From positions 50,656,001 to 50,720,000 of the forward strand of contig NC_045696.1 of the NCBI RefSeq assembly GCF_009834535.1: DNA of 64,000 nt, given 5' to 3'. Origin of the DNA: Camelus ferus. Its lineage: Eukaryota. A program made the translations under genes and the position numbers. The notes under the pieces were generated by a model that saw nothing but the letters and a program-made list of their open reading frames with translations, was not told the DNA's origin and ran no database searches. The stretch's first letter is position 1; each line of letters begins with the position of its first letter. This document shows, piece by piece, positions 53,147 to 63,812 of the stretch.

Positions 53147-53729
53147 TGTTGCCAAAGAAAGAGGTTCTTGCCTCGCACAGGAATTCAAGAGCAAGGCATA
53201 GTAAAGTGAAGGCAAGTTTGTTTAGAGACACACACACTCCATAGACAGAGTGCCGTTTGTCTCACTCAGAAGGGGGAGCGGCTTAGGAGATACACACTCC
53301 GTAAGCAGGATGCGGGCCATCCCAGAAAGGTGAGAGGGAGAGAGGCCAAGAGGTCTAGGGATGTTTAGTTTAAAGGTAGATACACACTCCATAGACAGAG
53401 TGAGGGCTGTCTCAGAAGGCAAGAGAGAGAGCAACCACAAGGTGCAGGATTGTTAGTTTTTATGGGGTCGGTAATTTCATATGCTAATAAGTAGGAGGAT
53501 TATTCCAACTATTTTGGGGAAGGGGTGGAGATTTCCAGAAATCAAGCACCTGCCCACTTTCTGACCTTTTACAGTCAGCAGCTGCCATGGTGCCTGTGTG
53601 TGTGCCATGAGGCTCCAGGTCTACAGGACGTTGAATCTTCCAGCATATTGGTTCTAACTAGTTTGTCCTGTCCTCAATTGCTCTGTCATTTCTCAGTGCT
53701 TGTTCCCTGCCCTCTTCCCTCCTGTCTCA
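53147..53729 (-). mobile_element. MER41-like ERV1 solo LTR, copy A (583 bp)
   Basis: TGTTGCC...GTCTCA termini; 4-bp TSD CTTG (53143-53146 / 53730-53733). gaggttcttg..gaattcaagagc..agtaaagtgaa.gcaagttt..actccatagacagag resembles antisense MER41. Confidence 0.9.
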
Positions 53730-55504
53730 CTTGAACTCTATTTTTGGATCCACAGAGCCTAATATTAAATAGGTGCTCAATGAGTATTTACTGACTTGTA
53801 TGGCAAGGGATTGTATGAGTCAGGATGTGTTCCATCTGGACAGGTGTAAGTAATGTGAGTACTTAGTTTATCATTTGGGGAGGAAAGGGGGCAGTAGATG
53901 TGGTTTAGAGTTGAGTAAGGGGCCATTTTCTGAACCTGGGGGATCCTGAATGAGTGAAGGGTTAGGTGTGATCATTCTGCTGTTCAGGGGCTCCTGGTTT
54001 TGCTGAGAAGGAAGAAGTCAGCAGCAAGACATGACGGGAGAGAGCTGGATCAGAACCGCTCTTTGCCTGGCCCCCGGATTGAGGCATCTGCGGACCCTGG
54101 TGTGGTAGAACAGGAGTGTTAATGGCAGCTCCAGCTCCAGACTCGTTTTTCTGGGTGGCCACAAGCAGCCTGCAAGCTGCCTGCACCACCAGGGCCCATG
54201 TGTCATTCCAAGCACTATTTTATTCATTCTGCAGTTGGCGAGGAACGGGCTCCTCCAAGCATGGGGAACAGAGCCTGCTTCCAGCCTTTGGAGTGCTGGG
54301 CAGTTCGGCTGCTCTGTGGCTCCAGGGCAGGGGTGGGATGGATGAAATGGGTATTGGAGGACCAGGAGGGGGAGATGCTGCAAAAGCTTCTCCTCAGGTC
54401 TGACCCTGAATGAAGCCAGCAGGGGCCTCAGGTGGGGTGTGCCCAGGCCCACACAGACCCCAAGGAAGTCTCCAGGCCCTGACTTTCATCAGCGACACGC
54501 CCCTCCCACTCTCTGCCTGGTCTTTTTCAGTTTAAACTTCCAGCCCGGCCCTCCCCTTCCATACACGCATGATGTGTGTGTGTGAGTGTTTTAATTTTTA
54601 TTCTTGGCAGAAGTTAAGACACAAAATGGATTTGGAAGGAGATGAAACCAGTTTGGGCATATGCTGGGCAGTGGCAGCTTCATTCCTGGAGTGGGAGGGC
54701 TGCAGATGGGGAGGGGCTGGGTGGGACCCAAGTCTCCTCCCCAGCAGGGACCAAACTGAAAATCTACTCCATGGGGAGGGAAAGGCCAGGAGCTCTGCTG
54801 AGCTGTTAACCCTTTGGGATGTCAAAAAGCCAGCTCCAGGGGAGCCAAAGCCCTCAGGTGTGATGTGGTGTTAAGTGGATGGGGGACCCCTGGATGGCCA
54901 ACACCTGTTCCATTTCCTGGTGGTCTGTCAGCCCCTGGAGGCTGTTCTGAATTTGTTCAGGGAATCACTGAGGGCATTTCCAGTTTTGATGTGCAAATGC
55001 TAAAATGTACATATGCTTGGAAAACTTCTGGTTTCCTTCTGACCTCCCAAGCCCTGCTCCCGCACCCCCCAGAAGTAGGAGGTGGTAGCCCTGTAGGGGT
55101 GACTGTGGCCCAGGGACCTATTTGAGTGTCTCCTTTGCTACAATGGAAGCTGTCTTGGCCCCCAAAGTAGGTGCTTTTTGCAATGGTGGCCTCCTCTTGG
55201 GTTTTCATTTCTATGTGAAGAGGAGAAAACTAGGAATCTGAAAGTCCAGAAAATATTTGGGGAAATCTGAGAGAAATTTTGAGACCATGTTTCATTCGTT
55301 AAAATGTATTAAAATATTCAAGTTGTGGGGTAAAAAAAAACTCAGCTTTAAAAATGGCAAGAATTTCTCTAAAAATAATATAGACATCTTTATGCAAAAC
55401 TTGCAATTCCAACTATGGCGTCCAGTGCAGCTAGGGCGTTTCTGGCAGACCTTCAAAGGACTCCCAGATCCTTGGGGGAAACACCCATTGGTTCCTACCC
55501 CTGG

Positions 55505-55665
55505 CTGCACATGACAGTTTCCAGGAAAGAGTTTTGAAAATGCTGATGCCTTGGCCCCACCGCCAAAGGTTCTAACTGAATTTGCCTGAGGTACTGCCCA
55601 GGCGTTGACATGTTTGAATGTCCCCAGGAGATTCTTCTATGCAGCCAGAGTTGGGAACCTCCAAT
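55505..55665. mobile_element. MER5-like MITE fragment
   Basis: aaatgctgatgccttggccccacc..tccccaggagattct..atgcagccagagttgggaacc. Confidence 0.65.
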
Positions 55666-56129
55666 CTAATGCTTACGTGAGAACAGAAGGAAGATAAGAG
55701 AGGCCAGATTAAGAAACGGAGGAGTTTTTTTGTTTCTCACTACATGCTGGTGCGTATTACTTGGATCTAGACTCAAAGGGGTGCTGCCAACTTTTGGACA
55801 GGATCGAGGGGCTCAGACCTCAGGACTGACTCCGAGTAGGGTGGAGACAAAGCATCTTCAGGAGCTGGGTGCAGAGTGCACTGTGGGACATGCCCAACCA
55901 ATCCCTCCCGAAACATGCTGGTTGGTGCATGTCTCCAACTCAGACTGATTTGGGTTTTGTCAGTCTTTCTCGGCTTCCTTTTTTGGTGTATCTGCTTGAA
56001 TCTACTAAGAACACTAAGACCAGCAGGCAAGGGGAGCAGATAGCCCTGGCTTTGAAACCTTTACTTGAGCAAGATGCTTAACCTCACTGAGCCTCAATTG
56101 CTGCATCTGTAAAATGGGGATGACAATAG

Positions 56130-56677
56130 TATATACAGGAAAATGGGGCACCAGAGGATGGTCAGTGTGTTCCAGGTCTCTGGTGGGTCCCTGGGATGTG
56201 CCCCGCCAAGTGAGGATCCTTGGCTTTGGGCAGGAAAAAATCAAGAGCGAGCCATAGCTGAGTAAAAGTAGATTTATTCAGAGAGATACACACTCCACAG
56301 ATAGAGCATGGGCCCTCTTAGAAGAAAAGAGAAAGTGACCATGCAGTGTGGGGTTGTTCATTTTTATGGGCTTAGTAACTTCATATGCTACCAAGTGGGA
56401 GGATTATTTCCACTACTTTGGGGAAGGGGCTGGGATTCCCAGGAACGGGGCCACCACCCACTTTTTTACCTTTTATGGTTAGCCTCAGAACTGTCATGGC
56501 GCCTGTGGGAGTGCCATTTACCATGCTAATATATTATAATGAGCATATAATGAAGCTCAAGGTCTACTGGAAGTGAAGTCTCCCGCCATCTTGGGCCTCA
56601 AGGTCTACTGTGAGTCAAATCTTCAGTTGCTATGTCATTCTTTTAATGGTTGTGCCCTGTCCCCTTACCTCGTCTCA
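56130..56677 (-). mobile_element. MER41-like ERV1 solo LTR, copy B (~548 bp, different subfamily)
   Basis: Homologous to copies A and C over the core and ends GTCTCA at 56677. Left end TATATACAGGAAA (degraded TG); flanks ATAG / ATAC match 3 of 4. Minus-strand AATAAA at ~56273. Confidence 0.85.
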
Positions 56678-56727
56678 ATACTACCTCCTTCATGGACTGC
56701 TTTAGAGATTAGACAAGATAATAGATG

Positions 56728-57258
56728 TGTTGCCAGAGAACAGGTTCTTGCCTCGCACAGGAAAGAATTCAAGAGCAAGGCATGGTAAAGTGAAAGCAAG
56801 TTTATTTAGAGAGATACACACTCCACAGGCAGAATGTGGCCATCTCAAAAGGTGAGAGGGAGAGAGACCGAGAGTTGTGAGGGTGTCTAAAGTTAAGGTG
56901 AATACACACTCCAGAGACAAGAGTGCGGGTCGTTGCAGAAGGCGAGAGAGAGCAACCATGAGGTGCAGAGCTGTTAGTTTTTATGGGCTCCGTCATTTCA
57001 TATATTAACAAGTGGGAGGATTATTCCAACTACTTTGGGGAAGGGGCAGGGATTTCCAGGAATCGGGCCCCTGTCCATTTTTTGACCTTTTATGGTCAGC
57101 CTAGGAACTGTCATGGCGCCCATGGGTGTGCCACAAGGCTCCAGGTCTACTGGAAATTGAATCTTCTGCCATCTTGGTTCTAACCAGTTTGTGTCGTATC
57201 CTCAATGGCTATGTCGTTCCTTCAGTGCTTGTGCCCTGCCCCCTTCCCTCTTGTCTCA
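56728..57258 (-). mobile_element. MER41-like ERV1 solo LTR, copy C (531 bp)
   Basis: TGTTGCC...GTCTCA termini; 4-bp TSD GATG (56724-56727 / 57259-57262). Minus-strand AATAAA at ~56801. Confidence 0.92.
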
Positions 57259-58069
57259 GATGCACATCATCTCACAGAGTAACTCAACAAATGGTCCAAT
57301 ATACTGTTTTATGCCAAGATTGACTATTTCTTCGAATTCTAAATGTTAACTTTAATCTCATACTGTGACAAAACATGGTGTGTTACATTCACTAAATCTG
57401 AATGACTTTTAATTATATTTACAAATCAGTTAAAGTAGGAAATTAGTAATTTAGTAGGGAAAAAAAGGCAGTCTTTAAATGTTAATATGCCCAACATGGT
57501 AACGTCAGCAAACTAAGTATTTGATGGATATTTTATACAACTTACTAAACAAAGAATTTCAGATTTGTAAAGGTTGTTAAGTATTAAATGCATTTTTTTT
57601 TCCAAAAGGCTTGTCTACATTATGTGGAAGCAACAGAATCCTGGAATTAGGGGAGGGGTTCCTTACAAGCCAAAGATGTTGACTGTTGAAGGTAAATGCA
57701 GGAAACCCCTCAGATGTGATAATGGGGCAGAGACATTTTACAGCCCAAGAGGTTGTTGGGATGTGAGGCCCCCAGGCGTGTGGGAAGATAAAATTTCAGT
57801 GATATGATAATATTTGGGGTAGTGTTTTTTTCAAATTTACCTTTTTAATTATAGGAGTGATAATTACAAAACCCACTTTGAATATTTCTGAAGTAGTAAG
57901 TATAAAAAAATGCAATTGTTAACTGATGTTAACATTTAAATGTCTCGACCTTTTCCTGTGACAACCCAAATAACTATACATCATAGATTCACATGCAATT
58001 TTTTAAAAATTACAGACATGGGATGCTGTTTTACAAGTTGCTTTTGGGATATTCTCCAGGAACCTCTTA

Positions 58070-58380
58070 TGCCAACATTTCCCAAAGTGTATTTGATGAA
58101 ATTTTCCTCACTAATGGTACTCTGAGAAAAAGAGTACTGTGGTCAAGTCAGTCGAAGCCTGTGGTCAAATAAGGCCAGGCCTGTGGTTAAGCGAGTTCAG
58201 CCTTCAGTGCATACTCTATCCCCCTCTTGGTGCTTCACAATGCATAATAGCACATTAAAGGCTCTGAAAAGGCCTGCAGCAAAGAACCTAATTAGCTTTT
58301 CTTAGCAGAGCAGTTCCCTAAATTTTTTTTTGTAGTGAACATCCTATATAGGTTTTTAGAAGCACTATTTTAAACATTCC
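58070..58380. mobile_element. MER103-like hAT-Charlie fragment
   Basis: gcatactctatccccctctt..ttcacaatgcat..tagcacattaaaggctctgaaaaggcctgcagcaaagaacc resembles MER103C. Confidence 0.65.
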
Positions 58381-58629
58381 TCACTAACCTTCCCTCCACC
58401 TACTCTCCCTCCTCCATCTGCAACCTTGTAGGGTAGGCAGGAAGAAAAAATTTCATCTGTTCATTTAATCAACAAATACTTACTGCACTCCTATTACATG
58501 CCAAACACCGCGATAGGTGCTGGGGCTACAGCAATGAGGCTTCCGGCTTCCCTCCAGCACAGGGATGATGGTATTAGTCACACAGGATGGATTGCACCTG
58601 GGACAGCAGAACGTCGGCAGGGATCCTCG

Positions 58630-58770
58630 CTGCAGCTGTGGAACCAGGAGTAGCTGCTCACATTATCCCCACCCCCTCCGCTCCCCACCCTCCATCACGC
58701 CCACACTTTGCTCGGCTATAAATAGTGGTGCCTGACCCAGCTGGCGGGGCGCCATGTTTGTTTACTCCGG
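58630..58770 (+). promoter_or_regulatory. Candidate enhancer / alternative promoter (MEF2-TATA, E-boxes, GC box, FOX)
   Basis: CTATAAATAG 58716-58725; CAGCTG 58633-58638 and 58738-58743; GGCGGGGC 58743-58750; TGTTTAC 58759-58765; CCCCACCC boxes; retained CpGs. Confidence 0.5.
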
Positions 58771-61250
58771 GGGTGGCAGCCTTGCACCAAGGCCCCGGGC
58801 TTCGCAAGTTGGGGAGAACCTACAGCAGTTTGGGTCGTGGGCTTCCAGCAGAGAAAGCAGGGACAGACAGACGGACTGGAGCATGCTTCACGTTTCCAAA
58901 CTGGTATTTATTTTAAGTTTTAGGTGGTTTAAAAGAGCTTTCTAATTGAGGAAGATTGGGGGTGGGGGTGGGTGGGGGACTGAATGTGTACATTTGGGGG
59001 TCAGAGAGGTGAAGAAAGTGGGTTTGTGTGAGGTCAGGTGGGAAAGAAAGTAAACTCTCATGATTCGAAAGCACACTTACCCGCTGGAGCCGGAAAGCTG
59101 GAGCTGCTCACTGTGAGCATATGTGCACATGCACGTGTGTCTGTCGTCGGTCTGTCTGAGACATAGTGAGTATACATGCCCAGAGCAAGATGCCTGGAAA
59201 GCCTGGGTGAGGGGGTCTGGTGCCTGAGAAATTTACCTATTCTTAAACCTTTTGTATTAAAATACTAGGAATAATCTGCAACAAGGATCAGACTAATGAA
59301 AATACTCCTATGAGTAACCCTGAAGGGAGTTACTCAGATTTGAAAAGTTGCTGTCATTTATTGAACAAACTGCTTTGTACCAGTCATTCTAGATGATTCG
59401 CTAATGTGATCTATTTTTTTCCTTCAACATGACTCTGAGAGATTCTTCTGTCCTGCATCAAAGTGGTTCTTCCTCAGTGTCAGGGTAAGGGTTTCTTGCT
59501 TGCAGGAGAGTCTTGGAGAGAAACTGTCCGAGTCACAGTGCAGTCGGATGCCAGCTGAAGAGAGGTTTAATGGTGATACTGGGGGTTGAACCCAGGACCT
59601 GTGAAAAGGCCTGTGTTGGAGAACTGCTGTGCTGAGCAGAGCCTGAGTGTGTGTCTGTGCTCCAGTGTGTGCCGTGTTTCTTTTGTCCTGCTTCTGATGC
59701 TTTTGCTAGTGGTTCTGGTGCTTTGCCTGTGCTTTGTAAAATCAAGTTTATCTTTGACTCTGATCTTTTCTTGAGGCCACGCTGCATTTTAAGTTGGTGT
59801 AGTGGAAAGATACAGTCCAGGTGAACGTTGAGGAGCTTCCAAGCTCTTCAAGGGTGGGATACTGCCTGGTCTTCTCTGTGGCCCTGCCACTCCCCCATAC
59901 ACCACGTGGCACCTAGTGGGTGCTCAGTGTGGTTTTGCTGAACTGACCTGACTTCTGCCCTGAGCCAGCCCCAGGGACTTGTATCTCTCATCAGGAGTGA
60001 CTTTGGGGTTGCCAGCTGCTTTATCTGCTCTGCTCACCATGAACACTAAGCAGAAAACCTTGTCTCTCCTACTCTCCCACTGAGCCAAATCCTGTTATTC
60101 TTCTGGATGGTTTGGGGAAAGTGCCTTTTCTGTGGTTCTGTGTGTATTGCAGACTGAGCGTTGGTTGCTCCCTGGTGTATTTCCTGGGGTAATACGTCCT
60201 ATTCCTCTCAGGGCTCCATCGCTTTCAGCGGGCACCTTCCGGTGTTCCAGCCTTCTTCCCCTGAGCCTGCTTAGGACAGCAAAGTTTGTGTTCACACACG
60301 GCTCCACATGGCTCACTTGCAAAAGTCCTTCATCCTAGGAGAAGCGGACTTCAAGCTGTTAAGATCTACCTTAAGTGCTGTTCAGTTCCTGGGACTGGTG
60401 TGTTTATATACTTTGTGCTGTCTACCCGAGCTCTAATTAATTCCTTTTACCTTGGATCTTTTGTCAGCTATGAGCGCCAGAAGCCTTCGGAGTGGATGCT
60501 CCTCTTTCCTCTCCAGCCACTATGTTACCATTTTCCTTTATTGTTTACTTGTGTGGCTAGAGCCCTGGCCATAGGCTGTAATTAGAAACCAGTAGGTGCA
60601 AAAAGAGCAGGTGGTTTGTTGTGGCTTTGTGCATTCACTGATGAGGTCGAGGTGAACTCGATCTGGAGCTGCAAGTGGAGAGTCAGAAAGGGGTTGGGGC
60701 TGTGTTTTCCTTTCTGTAAACACATCTCCAGAACTTCTTGTCCCAAATGATCTACTATCTGACAGGGATCTTTCCCTTTTCTCTGCAAACAAGTAGAGAC
60801 ACTACAGAGAAATTATGATCATTATCATCATTATCATCATCAAGAGAGTGCAGAGAGGGGGCATAAACGGGGGCAGGGGGCGGTGGTGGGAGAGGTCATT
60901 AGCTTAAGTGATATAAATGTTGACTAGTGTTGGGTGGAGATTGAAAGGCTAGAAATTGGCTTGCCACAAACTTGGGAACGCTATAGCACTGTCTAGGCAT
61001 CTTCTGTCCCACAGGGCTATTGTGAGATTCTGTAAAACACTGTGTAGAATGTAGGTGTTACTGCTTTTTTTTTCAGCCAAGAATATTTGTTGAACTCCTG
61101 ATGCATGTGTTGTAGGGCAGCAAAATCGGGCCATTGCTTAATTTTGTACATCTTAATAAGGAACCGTGAGCAAAGAGATGATAGCGCATATGTCTGGAGT
61201 TGTTAAAATACAATGTGTCTTCAAGTCTTAAAGGACATTAATCTCAGAGC

Positions 61251-61265
61251 CCACCAGGTGGCAAT
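61251..61265 (+). promoter_or_regulatory. Candidate CTCF motif
   Basis: CCACCAGGTGGCAAT matches the CCASYAGRKGGC core. Confidence 0.45.
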
Positions 61266-61339
61266 GCCACAGTCTGAAATTAGACCTCCAGTGAATGGCT
61301 TTCAGTAGAGAAGTTCTGTGACACCTGTCGTCCTGGTTG

Positions 61340-61525
61340 CTATGTGCAGGCTTCTTTCACACATAATCTCCTTAACTCGTATTAGCAGCTCAGCAAGGGG
61401 GTATTATCATTCTCATTTTCACAGAGGGTAAACCGAAGGTCAGGGATTATGTAATTCACCCAAAGTCACCTTCTGCCGAGGGGACAGAGTGGCAGAGCTC
61501 ATATCCAGACCCAGGGCTCATGGTT
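61340..61525 (-). mobile_element. MIR SINE
   Basis: gtattatcattctcattttcacagagggtaaaccgaaggtcaggg..cccaaagtcac. Confidence 0.7.
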
Positions 61526-62319
61526 TTCCCGTACCTGACCCTACAGTTTCAGTGTTGTCCCTTGGTAGAGAAGCTATGTCTGTAAGAAAAATTTGAGTTG
61601 AGCCCTAAAATCTTTGTGTGGTAAAGGAGCAAGAAGGGTGTTAATAACCTCCCTCCCCATCTGTAAAGGGGACAGGGACACTCCCTGAGCTGTCAGGATG
61701 AAAAGTGACAGTGTTATATGTGCCCCCAGCACTGGGCTCAGCACAGAGTAGGAGCTCAGCGTGTTTGATGGCCTTTCCTGCATCTTTGCCCGCATCCCTC
61801 CCATGCTCTCGCTTCAGGCCTGAACCTGTGCTCTTTCTCACTCCACAGAGTTCTTCTTTCTCCTTCTCCCATCCCCCTCTGCCTGCTTCCTTCCACCCTG
61901 GCCTCAAACTCAGGGTCATGGGGTGCTGGTGAGATGACACCCAGTCACCATATCGTCCTCAATACGGTGGTTCCAGGCAGTTCAGTGGCTGCAGGAAGCC
62001 CAGAGGCACAGACTTAGTCGGGTATTGGTCTGGGGAGAAGAGAAGGAAAGCAAAGAAGGTTCTTGAATGAAACCCCAAGTAATAGGAGCAGCTGCAGGGA
62101 CAGTGACTTCCCTCAGGCCGCTTGGTCCTCCCCTCAGGCCACCTACTCGTCTAAGGGCCATTTGGGTTTGAAAAATAAAGGCCAGGGTTACAGTCCTTCC
62201 CCCTAGAAAAACCCCTGGATTCCGAGTAAGCGTGTCTCTAGGCATTCCTCCTGAAGGTCTGTGGTTTGGATTAGCATTCCTTCTCAGTCCCAAATTTCTC
62301 ATCTGAATAAACCCTTCCG

Positions 62320-62725
62320 CTCAGCAGACATTGACCAAGTGGTGTGCCAACACTTTTCCAGGTGCTAGGGTTACCGAGAGAAATTGGACACATCCTTGCC
62401 TTCAGGAAGTCTATAGTCTGGGAAAAGAGGCACATTACAGACAGACAAATCTGTAAGTCATTATGGAAATGCTGCAATAGGTAAGCAAAACCCTTTGGAA
62501 ACTGGGATGAGGACTAGTCACTGGCGGCATCATACGGTGACGTTTGAGCTAAGTTTTGAAGGATAATGAAGGGAGAAGGACAAGATGGTTCTGGTAGAAG
62601 GAAAAGAGTGAGAAAGTAGTTTGCCCAGGGTTTAGGGCTTGTGGAGGAAGACAAAGGAAAGGCTGGCTGCAGCCCAGTTAGGAACCTGGGAGGTTATGTG
62701 AAGGAGTTTGAACTTCATTTAATCA
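62320..62725 (-). mobile_element. L2 3' fragment
   Basis: ccttgccttcaggaagtctatagtctggg; ggtgacgtttgagctaagttttgaaggat; aaggagtttgaacttcat. Confidence 0.7.
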
Positions 62726-63019
62726 TAGTCGTTTGGGGAGCTATCAGAGGTGAGTCTATTAGCTCCTTTGTCTGTTTTTTTTTAACTGACCCCAAAAGGG
62801 GGAAAAAAATCACTCATAATTCCTTCACATTTTCAAATCAGCTGCTTTGATTTCATATTCCCTTCCAGGTCACACCCAACTGCTCACATGCTTTTTACAA
62901 AATAAGATCTGTGCTTTTCCTTAATATCTTTTTAACATTTTTCATGTTGCTACTTGATCTTTCTAATTATTGTGCTAAATGGCTGCGTAATAGTCCATCA
63001 ATTATTAGGTCATGATTTA

Positions 63020-63270
63020 CTTCAAGCAGTAGGCTAGAGTGCCAAGAGGCAGGGGTTTTAGAGTCAGGCAGACTCGTTCAAATCCTGACTCTGTGATTTA
63101 CCATCTGTGTGACTGTGTGATCTTGGACAAAATATTTAATCACTCTGAGCTTTAGTTTCCTCATTTATAAAACGAGTTGATGGTACAGGGCCATTGTGAG
63201 AATTTTATCAAAGTAAGCAAATTATGGGTGATGGCCTATAGGAGGCATTGCTCCGTGAATGGTGGCAGCT
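63020..63270 (+). mobile_element. MIR SINE
   Basis: gagtcaggcagac..ttcaaatcctgactctg..tgtgtgatcttggacaa..tctgagctttagtttcctcatttataaaa. Confidence 0.85.
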
Positions 63271-63386
63271 CATTTGTCATTTTTACTGTTGGCTTGAGCT
63301 TGAAATTCTAGAAAGAAAGTAGGTGACAATGTGGGGGCTTATTAGTTGGGGAGAGGAAAATCAGGGAGCCAGTGTGAGGGCCCTAG

Positions 63387-63812
63387 ACGTGTACTGTCCA
63401 GTACAGTAGCCACTGACACACATGGCAATAGGGCACCTGAAATATGGCTAGTTTGCACTGGGATGTGTAAGTAAATAGAAAATACACACCAGATTTGAAA
63501 GACTTAAAACAAAATATAAAACATCTCATTAATAACTTTTATATTGACTATATGTTGAAGTAGTAGTATTTTGGATATATTGTGTTAAAAAAAAAAGATA
63601 CTCTTGGAGAGGTGGGGTATAGCTCAGTGGTAGAGCACATGCTTAGCGTGCTCGAGGTCTTGGGTTCAATCCCCAGTACCTGCACTGAAAAAGAAAAAAA
63701 AGAAAGAAAGAAAAGATACTATTAAAATTATTTCCACTTGATTTTTCAATGTGGCTCCTAGAAAAGTTTGAATGCTGTATGCCACTCGCATTGTATTTCT
63801 CTGGTTGCTCTT
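63387..63812. mobile_element. MER33-like hAT-Charlie MITE interrupted by a SINE
   Basis: ctgtccagtacagtagccact..tgaaatatggctagt..aatacacaccagattt..ttttggatatattg | attaaaatta..aatgtggctcctagaaaa. Confidence 0.8.
63606..63710 (+). mobile_element. Vic-1-type SINE (short form) with TSD
   Basis: GGTATAGCTCAGTGGTAGAG..GGTTCAATCCCCAGTACC followed directly by an A-rich tail. Flanking repeat AAAAGATACT at 63593-63602 and 63711-63720. Confidence 0.92.

Larger units (their letters stand above)
56044..57296 (+). mobile_element. Single MIR split into three pieces (56044-56129, 56678-56727, 57259-57296) by two LTRs
   Basis: Joining the pieces restores a colinear MIR: aacctcactgagcctca..catctgtaaaatggggatgacaatag | tacctccttcatggactgctttagagattagacaagataat | ..ctcaacaaatg. 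Confidence 0.8.

Noticed and set aside
53729..56130. LTR A to LTR B/C interval as proviral internal sequence
   Set aside because: LTR A has its own CTTG TSD, and the interval holds MER5/MIR and unique DNA with no gag/pol similarity that I can see.
56130..57258. LTR B + LTR C as the two ends of one deleted provirus
   Set aside because: Different subfamily structure, separate flanking duplications, and a MIR spacer with no PBS or PPT.
59311..59336. Small hairpin TGAGTAAC-N10-GTTACTCA
   Set aside because: An 8-bp stem is expected by chance in 64 kb and is too short for a miRNA precursor.
63612..63682. tRNA-Ala-like sequence as a tRNA gene (also 655-730, 24239-24312, 47365-47433)
   Set aside because: A-rich tails, TSDs and mutually diverged copies identify them as SINE heads.
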